From positions 152,026,001 to 152,090,000 of the forward strand of contig CM059431.1 in the NCBI GenBank assembly GCA_030390025.1: DNA of 64,000 nucleotides, in the 5' to 3' direction. This DNA is from Squalus acanthias. Taxonomy: Eukaryota. This document shows, in pieces, positions 22,820 to 34,689 of this stretch (position 1 is the stretch's first letter; the number at the start of each line of letters is the position of its first letter). Both the position numbers and the translations under genes were made by a program. The notes under the pieces are model-generated. The model had not been told where the DNA came from. It did not search any database and was given only the letters and a program-made list of their open reading frames with translations.

Positions 22820-25555
22820 GGCATCATTTTAGCGTTTGCAAATGCCACAAAATTGGAAATGTAATAAATAGAGAGGAGGATAGCAACAGACTTTAGGAGG
22901 ACACTGGCCGGTGAAATGGGCAGAAACATGGCAGATGTAATTTAATGCTGAAAAGTGTTAAGTGATTCATTTTGGATGGAAGAACGAGGAGAGGCAATAT
23001 AAACTAAATGGTACAATTTAAATGGGGTGCAGGGACAGAAAGGTGGATGTACACAAACCTTTGAAGCTGGCAGGACAAGTCGATACAGCTGTTAAAAAAG
23101 CATACGGGAATCATTGGCTTTATAAATCGAGGCATAGATTATACAAGTTAGGAAGTTATGGTAAACCTCGATAAACACTGGTTAGGTCTCAACTGGAGTT
23201 TTGTGTCAAGTTTTGGGCACCGCACTTTAGGAACGATGCCAAGGTTTTAGAGAGGGTAAACGAAAGATTTAGAGGAATGGTACGAGCGATGAGGGACTTT
23301 AGTTGTACTGCAGAAGCTGGGGTTGTTCTTCTCAAAAGAGAGAAGGTTAAGGGCAGGTTTTAAAGAGCTGTTCAAAAAAAATGCGGCGTTTTGACAGATT
23401 AAATAAGGAGAAACTGTTACCATTGGCAGGATGGATCGGTTAGCAGAGGACACAGCTTTAAGTGAATTGGCATAAGAACCAGAGGGGGAGAAGAGTAGAT
23501 TTTTTTTAATGCAGCGAGTTGATGTGATCTGGAGTGCACTTCCTGAAAGGGCGGTGAAAGCAGATTCAATTATAATCTTCAAAAGGGAATTAGATATATA
23601 GTTCAAAGGGGAAAAATGCAGGGCTATGTGGAAAGAGCTCCGAGGAGTCGGATTCATTGGACAGTTCTTTCAAAGTGCCGGCACAGGCACGATGGGCCGA
23701 ATGGTCTCCTTCTGTGCGGCCTGATTCTAATATTGTATAAGATAAGGGTGAGGCAATTCAGAGATGAAGGTGGAATGTTTTATATTGGAGATCGTGGGCA
23801 TTATATCAACACGGAATGCCTGATTATCTGATTAGATGGTTCACGTGAGGTGATATATTCACACAATGCACTGAGCGGGAAATTGAAGGGCCGCATGCCA
23901 TGGGTTTTCTGTCTATGAGTTAAAAGGACCGAAAATCACGGGCTGCCGGGACACGTGTACTGAAGCAATGGTCACTGACATTAAATGAATATATTGCCTC
24001 AGTTTCCACAAAGGTGCAGTTACTGGGTTTGGAGTGCTAAGTGATGCATTTAGGAAGGAAGAATGAGGAGAGGCAATATAATCTAAATGGTACAATTTAC
24101 ATGGGGCGCAGGAACAGTGAGGTGGACCTACACACATCTTTGAAGCTGTCAGGACAAGTCTATAAAGTTGTTAAATATGCATACGGGAATCGTTAGCTTT
24201 ATAAATAGAGGCATAGATTACAAAGGCAAGGAAGATATGGTAAACCTTTATAAAACACTGGTTAGGCCTCAACTGGAGCTTTGTGTCCAGTTCTGGGCAC
24301 CGCAATTTAGGAAGGATGCCAAGGTCTGAGAGAAGATACAGAAAAGATTCAGTGGAATGGTACGAGGGATGAGGGACTTTAATTGACCGGAGAGGCTGGA
24401 GAAGCTGGTGCTTTTCTTCTTAAAAGAGAGAAGGTTAAGGGGAGGTTTAAAAGAATTGGTCAAAATAATGCTGCGCTTTGATAGATTAAATAAGGAGTAT
24501 CTGTTCCCATTGGCAGGAGGATCGGTAAGCAGAGGACACAGATTTAAGAGAAAATGTTTGCAGTGGCAGGAGAGTCAGTAACCAGAGGACACAGATCTCA
24601 GGTAAATGGCATAAGAACCAGAAGCAGTGAGTTATTATGATCTAGACTGCACTGCCTTAAAAAGTGGTGGAAGCAGATTCAATAGCAACTTTCAAAAGCA
24701 ATTGGATAAATACTTGAAGGAGAAAAATGTTGAGTGCTATGTGGAAAGGGCAAACGAAAGGGACTAATTAAATAGCCCTACCAAAGACCCGGCACTGTTG
24801 CTATGGCCCGAATGGCCTCCTTCTGTGCTGTATCATTTCACAATTCTATGAACATGCTTGATGAATTATATCGACTACAGAGGGACCTGGAGGTACATGT
24901 ACATAAATCTTTCAACCTGGCGGGGAAGCTGGGAATGCTGTTCATACAGCATATGTGATCCTTGAATTTATTAACAGTGGAATGGAGTAAAAAAGGCAAG
25001 TAAATTATGCTAAACTTTTATAAAACAGCACTTAGGCCTCAGCTGGATTATTGTGTTCAATTTTGAGAGAAAACATTTCGGATGGATGTCAAGTCATTTG
25101 AGAGGGTGCAGTGGAGATTTACTAGAATGGTACCAGGGATGAGGGACTTCAGTTACGTGGAGAGACTGGAGAAGATGGGATTGTCTCCTTGGAGCAGACA
25201 TGGTTTCGAAAAAATTGGCAGAATGTTCCAAAATCATGAAGGATTTTGATAGAGTAAATAGGGAGAAACTCTTTCTAGTGGCAGTAGAATCAGTAACCAG
25301 AGGACACAGACTTAAGGTGATTGGCAAAATAAACAGCAGCGAGATGAGGAGAACGTTTTGAACACAGAGAATTGTTATGGAATGCACTGCCTGAAAGGAT
25401 GATGGAGACAGACTCAATAGTAACTTTCGAAATGTGATTTGATAAATTCTTGAAGGGGAAAATATTACAGGGCTACGGGGAAAGGGCAGGGGAGTGGTAC
25501 TAATCGGATGGATCTTTTAAAGAGCTGGCACAGGCACAATGGGCCGAAAGTCCTC
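22820..25555 (+). mobile_element. Series of old CR1 3'-end fragments (paralog ~54320-57110)
   Basis: Repeated LEYCVQFW / RLRGDL / FTQRVV-like relics, interrupted by a unique island at 23740-24035. Confidence 0.75.
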
Positions 25556-27481
25556 ATTATAGAATCATAGAATGACACACCAAAGAAGAAGGTCATTCGG
25601 CCAATCGTGGCAGTGCCGGCTGCTCAGTTGATCTATTCAATTAAGCCCACTCCAGAGCCCTGAAAAGCGCATGTATCATAGAATCATAGAAAGTTGCAGC
25701 ACAGAAGGAGGCTATTTCGGCCCATCGTGTCCGCGCTGGCCGACAAAGATCTATCCAGCATTATCCCACTTTTCAGCTCTTATTCCATAGACCTATAATT
25801 TAAAGCACATCAAGTATCCATCCAAGCACTTTTAAAATGCGGTGAGCGTTTCTGCCTCGACCACCCTTTCAGGCAGTGATTTCCAGACAAACACCACCCT
25901 TTGGGTGAAGAAACTTACCCTCAAATGTCCTCTAAACCTCCAACCAATTACTTTAAATCTATGTCCCTTGTTTGTTGACCCCTCTGCTAAGGGAAGTAGG
26001 TCTTTCCTGTGCACTCGATCTCGGCTCCTCATAATTTTATACCCCTCAATAAATTTTCCCTCAGCCTCCTCTGTTTCAAAGGAAACAAACACAGCCTATG
26101 CAATCTTTGCTCGGAGCGACAATTCTCCAATCCAGGCAACATCCTCGTAAATCTCTTCTCATCCTCTCTAGTGTAATCACATCTTTCCTGTAATGTGGTC
26201 GCCATAACTGTGCGCAGTACTTTAGCTGAGAACTAACTATTGTTTTATGCAGTTCAAGCATAACCTCCCTGCTCTTGTATTCTATGCCTTGGCTAATAAA
26301 GGCAAGTATTCCGTATGCCTTCTTAACCACCTTATCTACCTGGCCTGCTACATTCAGGGATCTGTGGACCTGTACTCCAAGGTTCCTTTCTTCCTCTACA
26401 TTACTCAGTGTCCTACCACTTAATGTATATCCCCTTGCCTTGTTAGTCCTCCCCAAATGTATTACCTCACACTTCTCCGTATTGAAATCCATTTGCCACT
26501 GTTCTGCCCACCTGACCAGTTCATTGATATATTCCTGCAACCTCCAGCTTTCTTGTTCATTATCAACCACACAACCGATTTGAGTATCATCTGCAAACTT
26601 CGTTATCATATCCCCTACATTCAAGTCCAAATCATTGACATATACCACAAAAAGCCAGAAACCCAGTACTGAGCCCTGCGAAACCCCATTGGAAATAACC
26701 TTCCAGTCACAGGAACACCCATCAACCATTATCCATTGCTTCCAACCTCTGAGATAATTTTGAATCCAACTTGCCACTTTGGCCTTGATTCCATGGGCTT
26801 TTACTTCGTGACCAACCTGCCATGTGGGACCTTTTCAAAAGCCATGCTAAAATCCATATCGACTACATCAAACGCACTACCCTCATTGACCCTCCTTGTT
26901 AACTCCTCTAAAAATTAAATCAAGACAGACACGACCTTCCCTTAACAAATCCGTGCTGACTGTCCTTGTTTAATCCGTGACTTACTAAATGAAGATTTAT
27001 CCTGTCAATCAAAATATTTTCCAATAATGTTCCCAACATCGAGGTTAGGATGACTGGCCTGTAATTAATCGGTCGATCCATTTCTCTCTTTTTAAACAAA
27101 GGTACAACGTTACATGACCTCCAATCCTTCGGCACCACACCTGTAGCCAGAGAGGATTGGAAGATGATGGACAGAGCCTCTGCTATTTCCTCTTTTGATT
27201 CTCCTAACAGCCTGGGATACATTTCAACCGGGCTTGCGGATTGATGTACTTTCTAAGCTGCAAAGCCCCTTTATACTTCCTTTCTCACTATGTTTATTTC
27301 ATCGAATATTTCACACTCCTCCTCCCTGATTGTATTATCTGCATCGCCCCTCTCTTTTGTGAAAACAGAAGCAAAGTATTAATTAAGAACTATACCCATG
27401 CCTTCCGCCTCTACACAGAGATTAACTTCATTTTCTCTAATCGGCCCTACTCTTTCTTTAGTTATCCTCTTGCTCTTAATG
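25556..27481 (-). mobile_element. CR1 LINE 3' half
   Basis: ORFs 26076-26777 and 26920-27222 with QGSVLG, KFADDT and NYRPV; ATAGAATC tail. Confidence 0.85.
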
Positions 27482-27656
27482 TAGTTGCTGACGGGGCAAG
27501 TATTTGTGAAGTGAAGCCTGTGGTAGGCAATTAGTGTGGGTGTGTGAGAGAAAAACGCTCTACAGACGGGATCACTGCAGACGGAAATGCAGCATTTGCA
27601 CGATGTAATGTTCCATCTCAGCTAGTTTAGGTCGCTGGGTTATGATAATGATTTGT

Positions 27657-28931
27657 GCCCATGTAGCTCAGTCGGTATATAGTAATGTTCCCCACCATTT
27701 TTGGTATGCTTTTTGTGTCTTCTACTGTGAAAACAGATACAAAATATTTGTTTAACGTTGCTGCAATTTCCTGATTTCCCATAATAATTTCTCTTGTCTC
27801 AGCCTCTAAGGGACCAACGTTTACTTTTGCTGCGCTCTTCCTCTTTACATACTTGTTGAAGCTCTTACAATCTGTTTTTTATATTTCTTGCTTGACTTCT
27901 TTTAATCTATTTTTCAATTTTTATCAATTTTTTGGACATCTTTTGCTGGTTTCTGGAACTCTCCCAATCCTCAACCTAGCCACTATTCTTCGCAACATTA
28001 TAAGCTTCCTCTTTCAATCTAATGCTATCTTTAACTTCTTTTGTTCGCAAAAGATGTATCATTTTTCCCGTGGAGTTCTTGTTTCTCAATGGAATGTATT
28101 TTTTTGAGTTTTATGAAATTTGTATTTAAAAGCTAGCTGCTGCTTATCTATTTTAATCTATTTTTCCAAACTACCCTCGTCAACTCGCCCCTCATACCTA
28201 TGCTATTGGCTTCATTTCAGTTTAAGACTCTAGTTTCGGACTTAGGCAAGTCACTCTCAAACTTAACTTGAAATTCTATCATATTATGATCACTCTGCCC
28301 CAGAGGATACTTTACTATGAGATTGCGAATTAACCCTGTCTCATTACACAATACAAGATCTAAAATAGCCTGTTCCCTAGTTGGCTCCATGATGTCCTGT
28401 TCTAGTAAACTATCCCGAATGCATTCCATGAACTCGTCCTCTAGAGTACCTTGGCCAATTTATTTTGTCCAGTCTATATGAAAATTAATGTCACACACGA
28501 TTAGTGCATTAACTTTGTTGCAAGCTCCTACTATTTCTTGATTAATATTCTGTCCAACGGTATAGCTACTTTTAGGACACCTATATACTAATGTTTCCTG
28601 CCCCTTGTTATTCCTTAATTTAGAATGACATACTTGAACAGTTTTTGAAGTTCAATAGTTTAAGATATGTGATGGGCGACATCTTGAATTTCAATTTCTG
28701 AAGCTAATAAACGGTAAAGGGAAGACGGTGCAGTAATACTGAATAAAAAAATGTCGTTAATGTCTCTTTTGATTACTTTAATTTCTATAGCTAAAAACTA
28801 GTAAATGAATTATTGGATAGTACAAAGGAATGCTCAGAATGTTGTGAAGTTGTTTAATGTTGAATAAATGCAATACTTTTGTATCAGACGTTTATTCAGA
28901 TGGGTCCAGAGTTCAAGTCCCTGTTGGTGCG
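27657..28931 (+). pseudogene. tRNA-Lys(UUU) relic split by a ~1.2-kb insertion (5' part 27657-27679, 3' part 28881-28931)
   Basis: GCCCATGTAGCTCAGTCGGTATA plus GTATCAGAC...GGGTCCAGAGTTCAAGTCCCTGTTGGTGCG join into a tRNA-Lys-like sequence. A CR1 fragment lies between them. Confidence 0.6.
27683..28620 (-). mobile_element. CR1 ORF2 fragment
   Basis: EPTREQAILDLVL, LGQSDHNMIEF. Confidence 0.75.
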
Positions 28932-31176
28932 TTGCTTTTATCAATGAAGACCACACCCACGTTACACTTGCAAGCGGTGCAATTCGAAAGTAGCCTGAAA
29001 AAGGAAACAGGTTTGCTTGCAAAACTTTAAGATATATTAAGAAAATATCAGCAACTAAATTGTAATTGAAAAATCAGGTGTTCGACTGATTCTAGAACGG
29101 TCTCAGTGAATTGGAAGGTAGCAAATATAACACAGCTATGCAAGAAAGGAGGGAGAGAGAAAGCAGTGGACTACAGGCCAGTTAGCCTGACATCGGTCGT
29201 TGGCAAAATGCTGGAATCCATTGTTAAGTAAGTGCTATCAGGGCACGTAGAATATCATAACATTATTAGGTAGAGTCAACATGGTTTTATGAAAGGGAAC
29301 TCGTGTTTGACAAATTTATTAGAGTCTTTGAGGATCATATAATCATAGAATCATAGAAAGTTACAGCACGGAAGGAGGCCATTTCGGCCCATCGTGTCCA
29401 CGGCGGCCAATAAAGAGCTACCCTGTCAAATCCCAATTCCAGCTCTTGGTCCGTAGCCCTGCAGGTAAGAGCATCCCAAATGCACATCCAAGTACTTTTT
29501 AAATGTGGTTAGGTTTCCTACATATACCAACCTTTCAGGCAGTGAGTTCCAGACACCCACAGTCCTCTGGCTGAAGACATTTCCCCTCAAAACCCCTCTA
29601 AACCTTCCAACAATTACTGTAAATCTGTGCCCCTTGGCTTTTGACCGCTCTGCTAAGGGAAATAGTCCTTTCTTTCCAATTTATCTATGTCCCTCATAAT
29701 TTTGGACACCTCAATAAGGTCTCACCTCAGCCTCCTTTATTCGAAGGAAAACAGACACAGCCTATCCAGTCTTTCGTCATAGCTAAGACTCTCCACTCCG
29801 GCAAAATCCTTGTAAATCTCTGTACCCTCTCTAGTGCAATCACATCTTTCCTGTAATGTGGTGACCAGAACTGCACGCAGTACTCTAGCTGAGGCCTAAC
29901 TAGTGTTTTATACAGTTGAAGCATAACCACCCTGCTCTTGTATTCTATGGCACGACTAATAAAGACAAGCATTCCATATGCCTTTTTAACCATATAATCT
30001 ACCTGGCCTGCTAACTTCAGGCATCTGTGGACATGCGCTCCAAGGTCCCTTTTGTTCCATACACTACTCAGTGTTCTACCATTTAATGTGTATTCCCTTT
30101 CCTTGCTAAACCTCTCCAAATCGATTACCTCACACTTCTCCGCATTGAATTCCATTAGCCACTGTTCTGCCCACCTGACCAATTTATTGATATCCTCCTG
30201 CAGTCTGCAGATTCCGTCTTCAGTATCAAAAGCACAGGCGATTATAGAATCATCTGCAAAATTCTTAATCATAACCCCTATATTCAAGTCTAGATCATTG
30301 ATATATACCACAATAAGCAAGGGACCTATTACTGAGCCCTGTGGAACCACACTGGAAACAGCCTTCCAGTCACTAAAACACACATCAACCATTAACCTCT
30401 TATTCCTGTCTCTGAGCCAGTTTTGAATCCAGGTTGAAACTTTGCCCTGAATCGCATGGGTTTTTTACTTCGTGACCAGTCTGCCATTTGGAAACTTATC
30501 AAAAGCCTTGCTAAAGTCCATATAAACTACATCAAACGCACAACCCTCATCTAGCCTCCTTGTTACCTCCTCAATGAATTCAATCAAGTTTGTCAGACAC
30601 GACCTTCCCTCAACAAATCCGTGTTGACTATCCCTGATTAATCCGTGTCTTTCTAAATGAAGATTTAGGGCTAAAAATTCAGTTGGTTGCGCCTCCCGTT
30701 AGCGCCTTAAGAGGGCGCTAATGTGGCGCAAAGCAGCTAGCGCCCGGGCGCAGCGATGTTTGCGCCGCTCGCGAACTTAACTACACATTTTGCGGCGGTG
30801 CTAAACTTTATCGCCGCGGTCCCCTGCGCCCGCGGATTGTGACGTCATTCGAGAGTGCAACGCCCTTGTGGCGCCCCGGAGCAGAAATTCAGTGGCGCCC
30901 CCATCCTTACCGCCTGGTGCACCCAACGACCGGTAGAGTGGAACGCTAACAATCGCTCTGGGGCTCGGGGGGGCGCTATTTAAAGGGGGCCTCTTCCTGT
31001 CTTTCTCTGTGGTTGACATTTTTGCACCACTCGTTCTGAGAGAGAGAGAGAGATTCGGAGAGAGAGAGAGAGACTTGTGCATTGAGTCAACGCTGTGTGA
31101 GGTAGTTTTGGCTACTGATCATAACTTCGCTGGTACTTTGGTTTCTGGCCTTCATAACTTTGCTTGCTACGAGACT

Positions 31177-32207
31177 GTGGGGGCTGCACTGATGGGGGGC
31201 GTCGTCCTGCGCCAGCTGAATCGGAGGAGACGGAGACGTAGAGAGAGAGTGGCAATGATGGCCAGACGGAGGAGGGCCAACAGGCGTCTGTACAGGAGAG
31301 CTTACCCTCCCAGGGTATATCGTGAATAGCTCTCCTACATTCATATGTCTGATGAGCAGTGTCTGCGAAGGCTGCGCTTCAGCAAGGAGGTGGTCACTGA
31401 GCTCTGCCACCTGCTGCAGCCAGATCTGCAGCCTCAACTGAGGTCCAGGACGTCTCTGTCGGTGGCAGTGAAGGTCACAGTGGCTCTGAACTTTTATGCT
31501 ACTGGCTCATTTCAATCTGCTGTTGGGGACATCGCCAATCTCTCCCAGTTGGCGGTGCATTGCTGCATCAGGAAGGTCACAAATGCCCTCTTTAAAAGGA
31601 GACGAGAGTTCATCTCTTTCCCTATGACCCCAGACAAGCAGCAAGAATGCGCTCTGGGCTTTGCCAGGATCGCGGGTTTCCCCATGGTGCAGGGCGCCAT
31701 TGACTGCACGAATGTGGCTTTGCGTGCTCCGAATGAGAATGCCGAGGATTTCCGGAACAGAAAGGGTTTCCATTCCTTGAATGTTCAGTTGGTCTGTGAC
31801 CACAGACAGCTGATACTCGCTGTCAATGCCCACTATCCTGGCAGCTGCCACGATGCTTTCATCCTGCGCCAGACTACTGTGGCAGAACTTTTCGAGGCAA
31901 CGCATCAGCCAGTTGGTTGGCTTCTCGGGGACAAGGGGTATCCACTGAGCACATGGCTGATGACACCGTTCCATATGCGCAACACCCCTGCTGAGCTGCG
32001 GTACAACGAGAGCCATCAAGCTACCAGGAACATCGTGGAGCACAAAATCGGCGTGCTCAAGCAACGGTTCCGCTGTCTCGACCATTCTGGAGGAGCCCTG
32101 CAGTACTCGCCTGAGCGAGTTTCCCACATCGTAGTTGTGTGCTGCATTCTGCATAACATGGCAATCCTCAGGACCCAGCCAATGTCACCAGGCCTTGGAG
32201 CACCACC

Positions 32208-32262
<55 letters not shown>

Positions 32263-32484
32263 GAAGAGGAGGAGGAGGATGATCAGCAGCAGCACCAAGG
32301 CGTGAGGGCGGCCCACAATGGTGAAACTGCAAGGGCCGTCTGTCAACGGCTGATAGCAAGCCGCTTCGAGGCCCCTGCTGTGGAAATTGCTTCTGCCATT
32401 GAGAACAGCATGAATAAACCCAACACGCAACCCCTAAGCCGGCCAGGCACCAATGATTCCAAACACCAAACATGTATATTTTGA
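31177..32484 (+). pseudogene. Harbinger transposase copy 2, disrupted
   Basis: Start ATG>GTG at 31177, CAG>TAG at 31327-31329, and loss of the stop (TAG>GAG, 32368-32370). The DDE triad is kept in the downstream ORF 31345-32484. Confidence 0.8.
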
Positions 32485-32680
32485 GTACCAAAACTTATTT
32501 ATTTTACAAACTCTGTGCGTGTCATTTACTCATGACACACTCATACAAATAAACACAAAAAAACAGTCATTACCATAACTGGTTCTCACAACCTGGAGAT
32601 CATGTGCAAAACACTCAACAAAAGTTTGACCTCGAACCTCGGCCTTCAATAAAAAAATAACCAGCATTTTGTCACACCTC

Positions 32681-34689
32681 CTACATCGAGGGTGAACTCC
32701 TTCCCGTGCGCCCTTCCCCCCTTCTTACCCTACTGCTCCTCCGCAATGGGACCTCAGTGGCTGCAGCAAGGCTGGTGGAAGGCTGCTGACTGTCAGGCCC
32801 TGACAATGAAAATGCCCTTGAGGGACGGCCTCGACCCGTTCTGGGCCTGGAGGGCCCGGCTGCAGACTGCACGATCTCTGCATGGGCGGCAGCAGTCTGT
32901 CCGACAGGCGGTGGCAACTGCAGTGGAGAAGTGACAGTGGTGGCAGCAGGAATGCTGTCATCGTGAGCGAGGACAGCAATTCCCTGCTCGACCGGCACAC
33001 TGGCACTCCCACGGGGCAGCACCTCAGCATCCGGAGCAATCTGCTGGAGCACAGATTGCTGGCCTGCTGCGGCGCGGTGAGAGCCCCGGGGAAATGTGTC
33101 CAAACCAGTGAGGATGGCAGCAGACAGTGCTCGCGTGGCCTCAATCTCAGTCTGCATGAGAGCAGTCTGAGATTGAATTGCAGCACTGAGCTTCAGTGTC
33201 GCATCCGCCTGCGCTGCAGCGAAGTGCTCCACACTCCTTGCCAGTGCTTCAATGCATTCGGGCACCCTACCCACTGCAGCCATGAGCTCATTGTGCATGG
33301 CCACCGCCTGGGTGTTCAATTCCGCGATCAGCCGCTCCTCCTCTGCGTCTAGTGCAGCAGGACTCGCTGGCCTACTCTCCCTCCGGGGAGAAGGCCCCCG
33401 TGCTTCCCTACCCCCATGGCGTTGCTGCAGCCCGCTGGGTCCTGGAGCTTCACCCTCATCAGATCCTTCCCCCCTGCTCCCCTCCAGGGAAGGCATGTCC
33501 TCAGTGTCGGCATGGGCTTCCTCGGGAGAGGGTGGCTCTGATGGTCCGGCTTCCTCTTCCTCCTCAGCTACAGCCTCACTCCCACTGGCAGCTTCAGGGC
33601 CCATCTCCTCAGCTGGTGAATCACCATCTGAAAGCAGGGAGGTAAAAGAGTGGCTTTAGCGTGAGGACAGGGTGGCAGTAAGGGAGGAATAAGTGCAGCG
33701 AGTTAGTAAGTTGGATTGAAAGTGTCAAAGGCTGATGTTGTGAGGGACAAGTGGAAGGACAGTGGACAAAAAGGTGATGACTTTACCATTGCTGTCCAGA
33801 ACGGGGTCGGCGTCTCCAGTGGCGACGGGACCGATCACCCGGCTTGCCACAATCCTGTGGACGCGATCCTCCAGATTGCTGAGGGGTTGCAGCTGAGGCC
33901 GCCATCCACCCGTCCGCTGCTGCTGTCTCCTATTATGCGCCAGCTTGGCCTGCAAGAAAAAGGACGGCGTCTGAGTAAATATACAGCCATGGTCTTGCCT
34001 GATGTGCCTCCCATAGGTGAATAGCCCTTACTGTACTACAGCCATGGTCTTGCCTGATGTGCTCCCATAGGTGAATAGCCCTTACTGTACTACAGCCATG
34101 GTCTTGCCTGATGTGCCTCCCATAGGTGAATAGCCCTTACTGTACTACAGCCATGGTCTTGCCTGATGTGCCTCCCATAGGTGAATAGCCCTTACTGTAC
34201 TACAGCCATGGTCTTGCCTGATGTGCTCCCATAGGTGAATAGCCCTTACTGTACTACAGCCATGGTCTTGCCTGATGTCCCTTCCATAGGTGAATAGCCC
34301 TTACTGTATGCAAAGTGTGGAATGTGTGTGTGTGCTTCATGAAAGGGCCATAGGTGTTGCATGAGTGCTGTTAATTGTGGTTTTAAGACCCTCTGGCCAT
34401 AGAGTGAGGCTGAGATGGAGGAATGGAGAGGTATTGCAAAAAAGCCACTCACCCTGACGACCCGAGTGAGGTCGTTGAATTCTTTCCGGCATTGCATATG
34501 GGTCCTGGGCACCATGCTCCTGGAGGAGATGTGCTGGGCCACCTCCCTCCACACCCTTCTGTAGTCGCGCAGCAAAGGCCTCCTGCCACTCTCAGGGTAC
34601 AGTGTTGATCCTCGGCGACCCACCGCGCCAACCAGAGCATCCAAGGCCCGCTCGCTGAAGCGCTGAGCTCGCTCTCTCGCCCTCTCCAT
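32681..34689 (-). CDS. Harbinger Myb/SANT-like DNA-binding protein, open, ~448 aa; exons 34453-34689, 33787-33949, 32681-33627
   Basis: Reads MERARERAQRFSERALDALV...WREVA...RTHMQCRKEFNDL. GT-AG introns in phase 0 and phase 1 join the three exons without stops. Confidence 0.8.
33984..34310. repeat. 54/55-bp tandem repeat (6 copies) in Myb intron 1
   Basis: Units start at 33984, 34039, 34093, 34148, 34203 and 34257. Confidence 0.95.

Larger units (their letters stand above)
1..25550 (+). repeat. Segmental duplication unit A (starts before the window)
   Basis: Collinear with unit B across CR1, tRNA relics, GPCR, minisatellite, LINE and unique spacers. Confidence 0.9.

Noticed and set aside
33984..34310. 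CRISPR-like direct repeats
   Set aside because: Head-to-tail units without spacers, inside a transposon intron.
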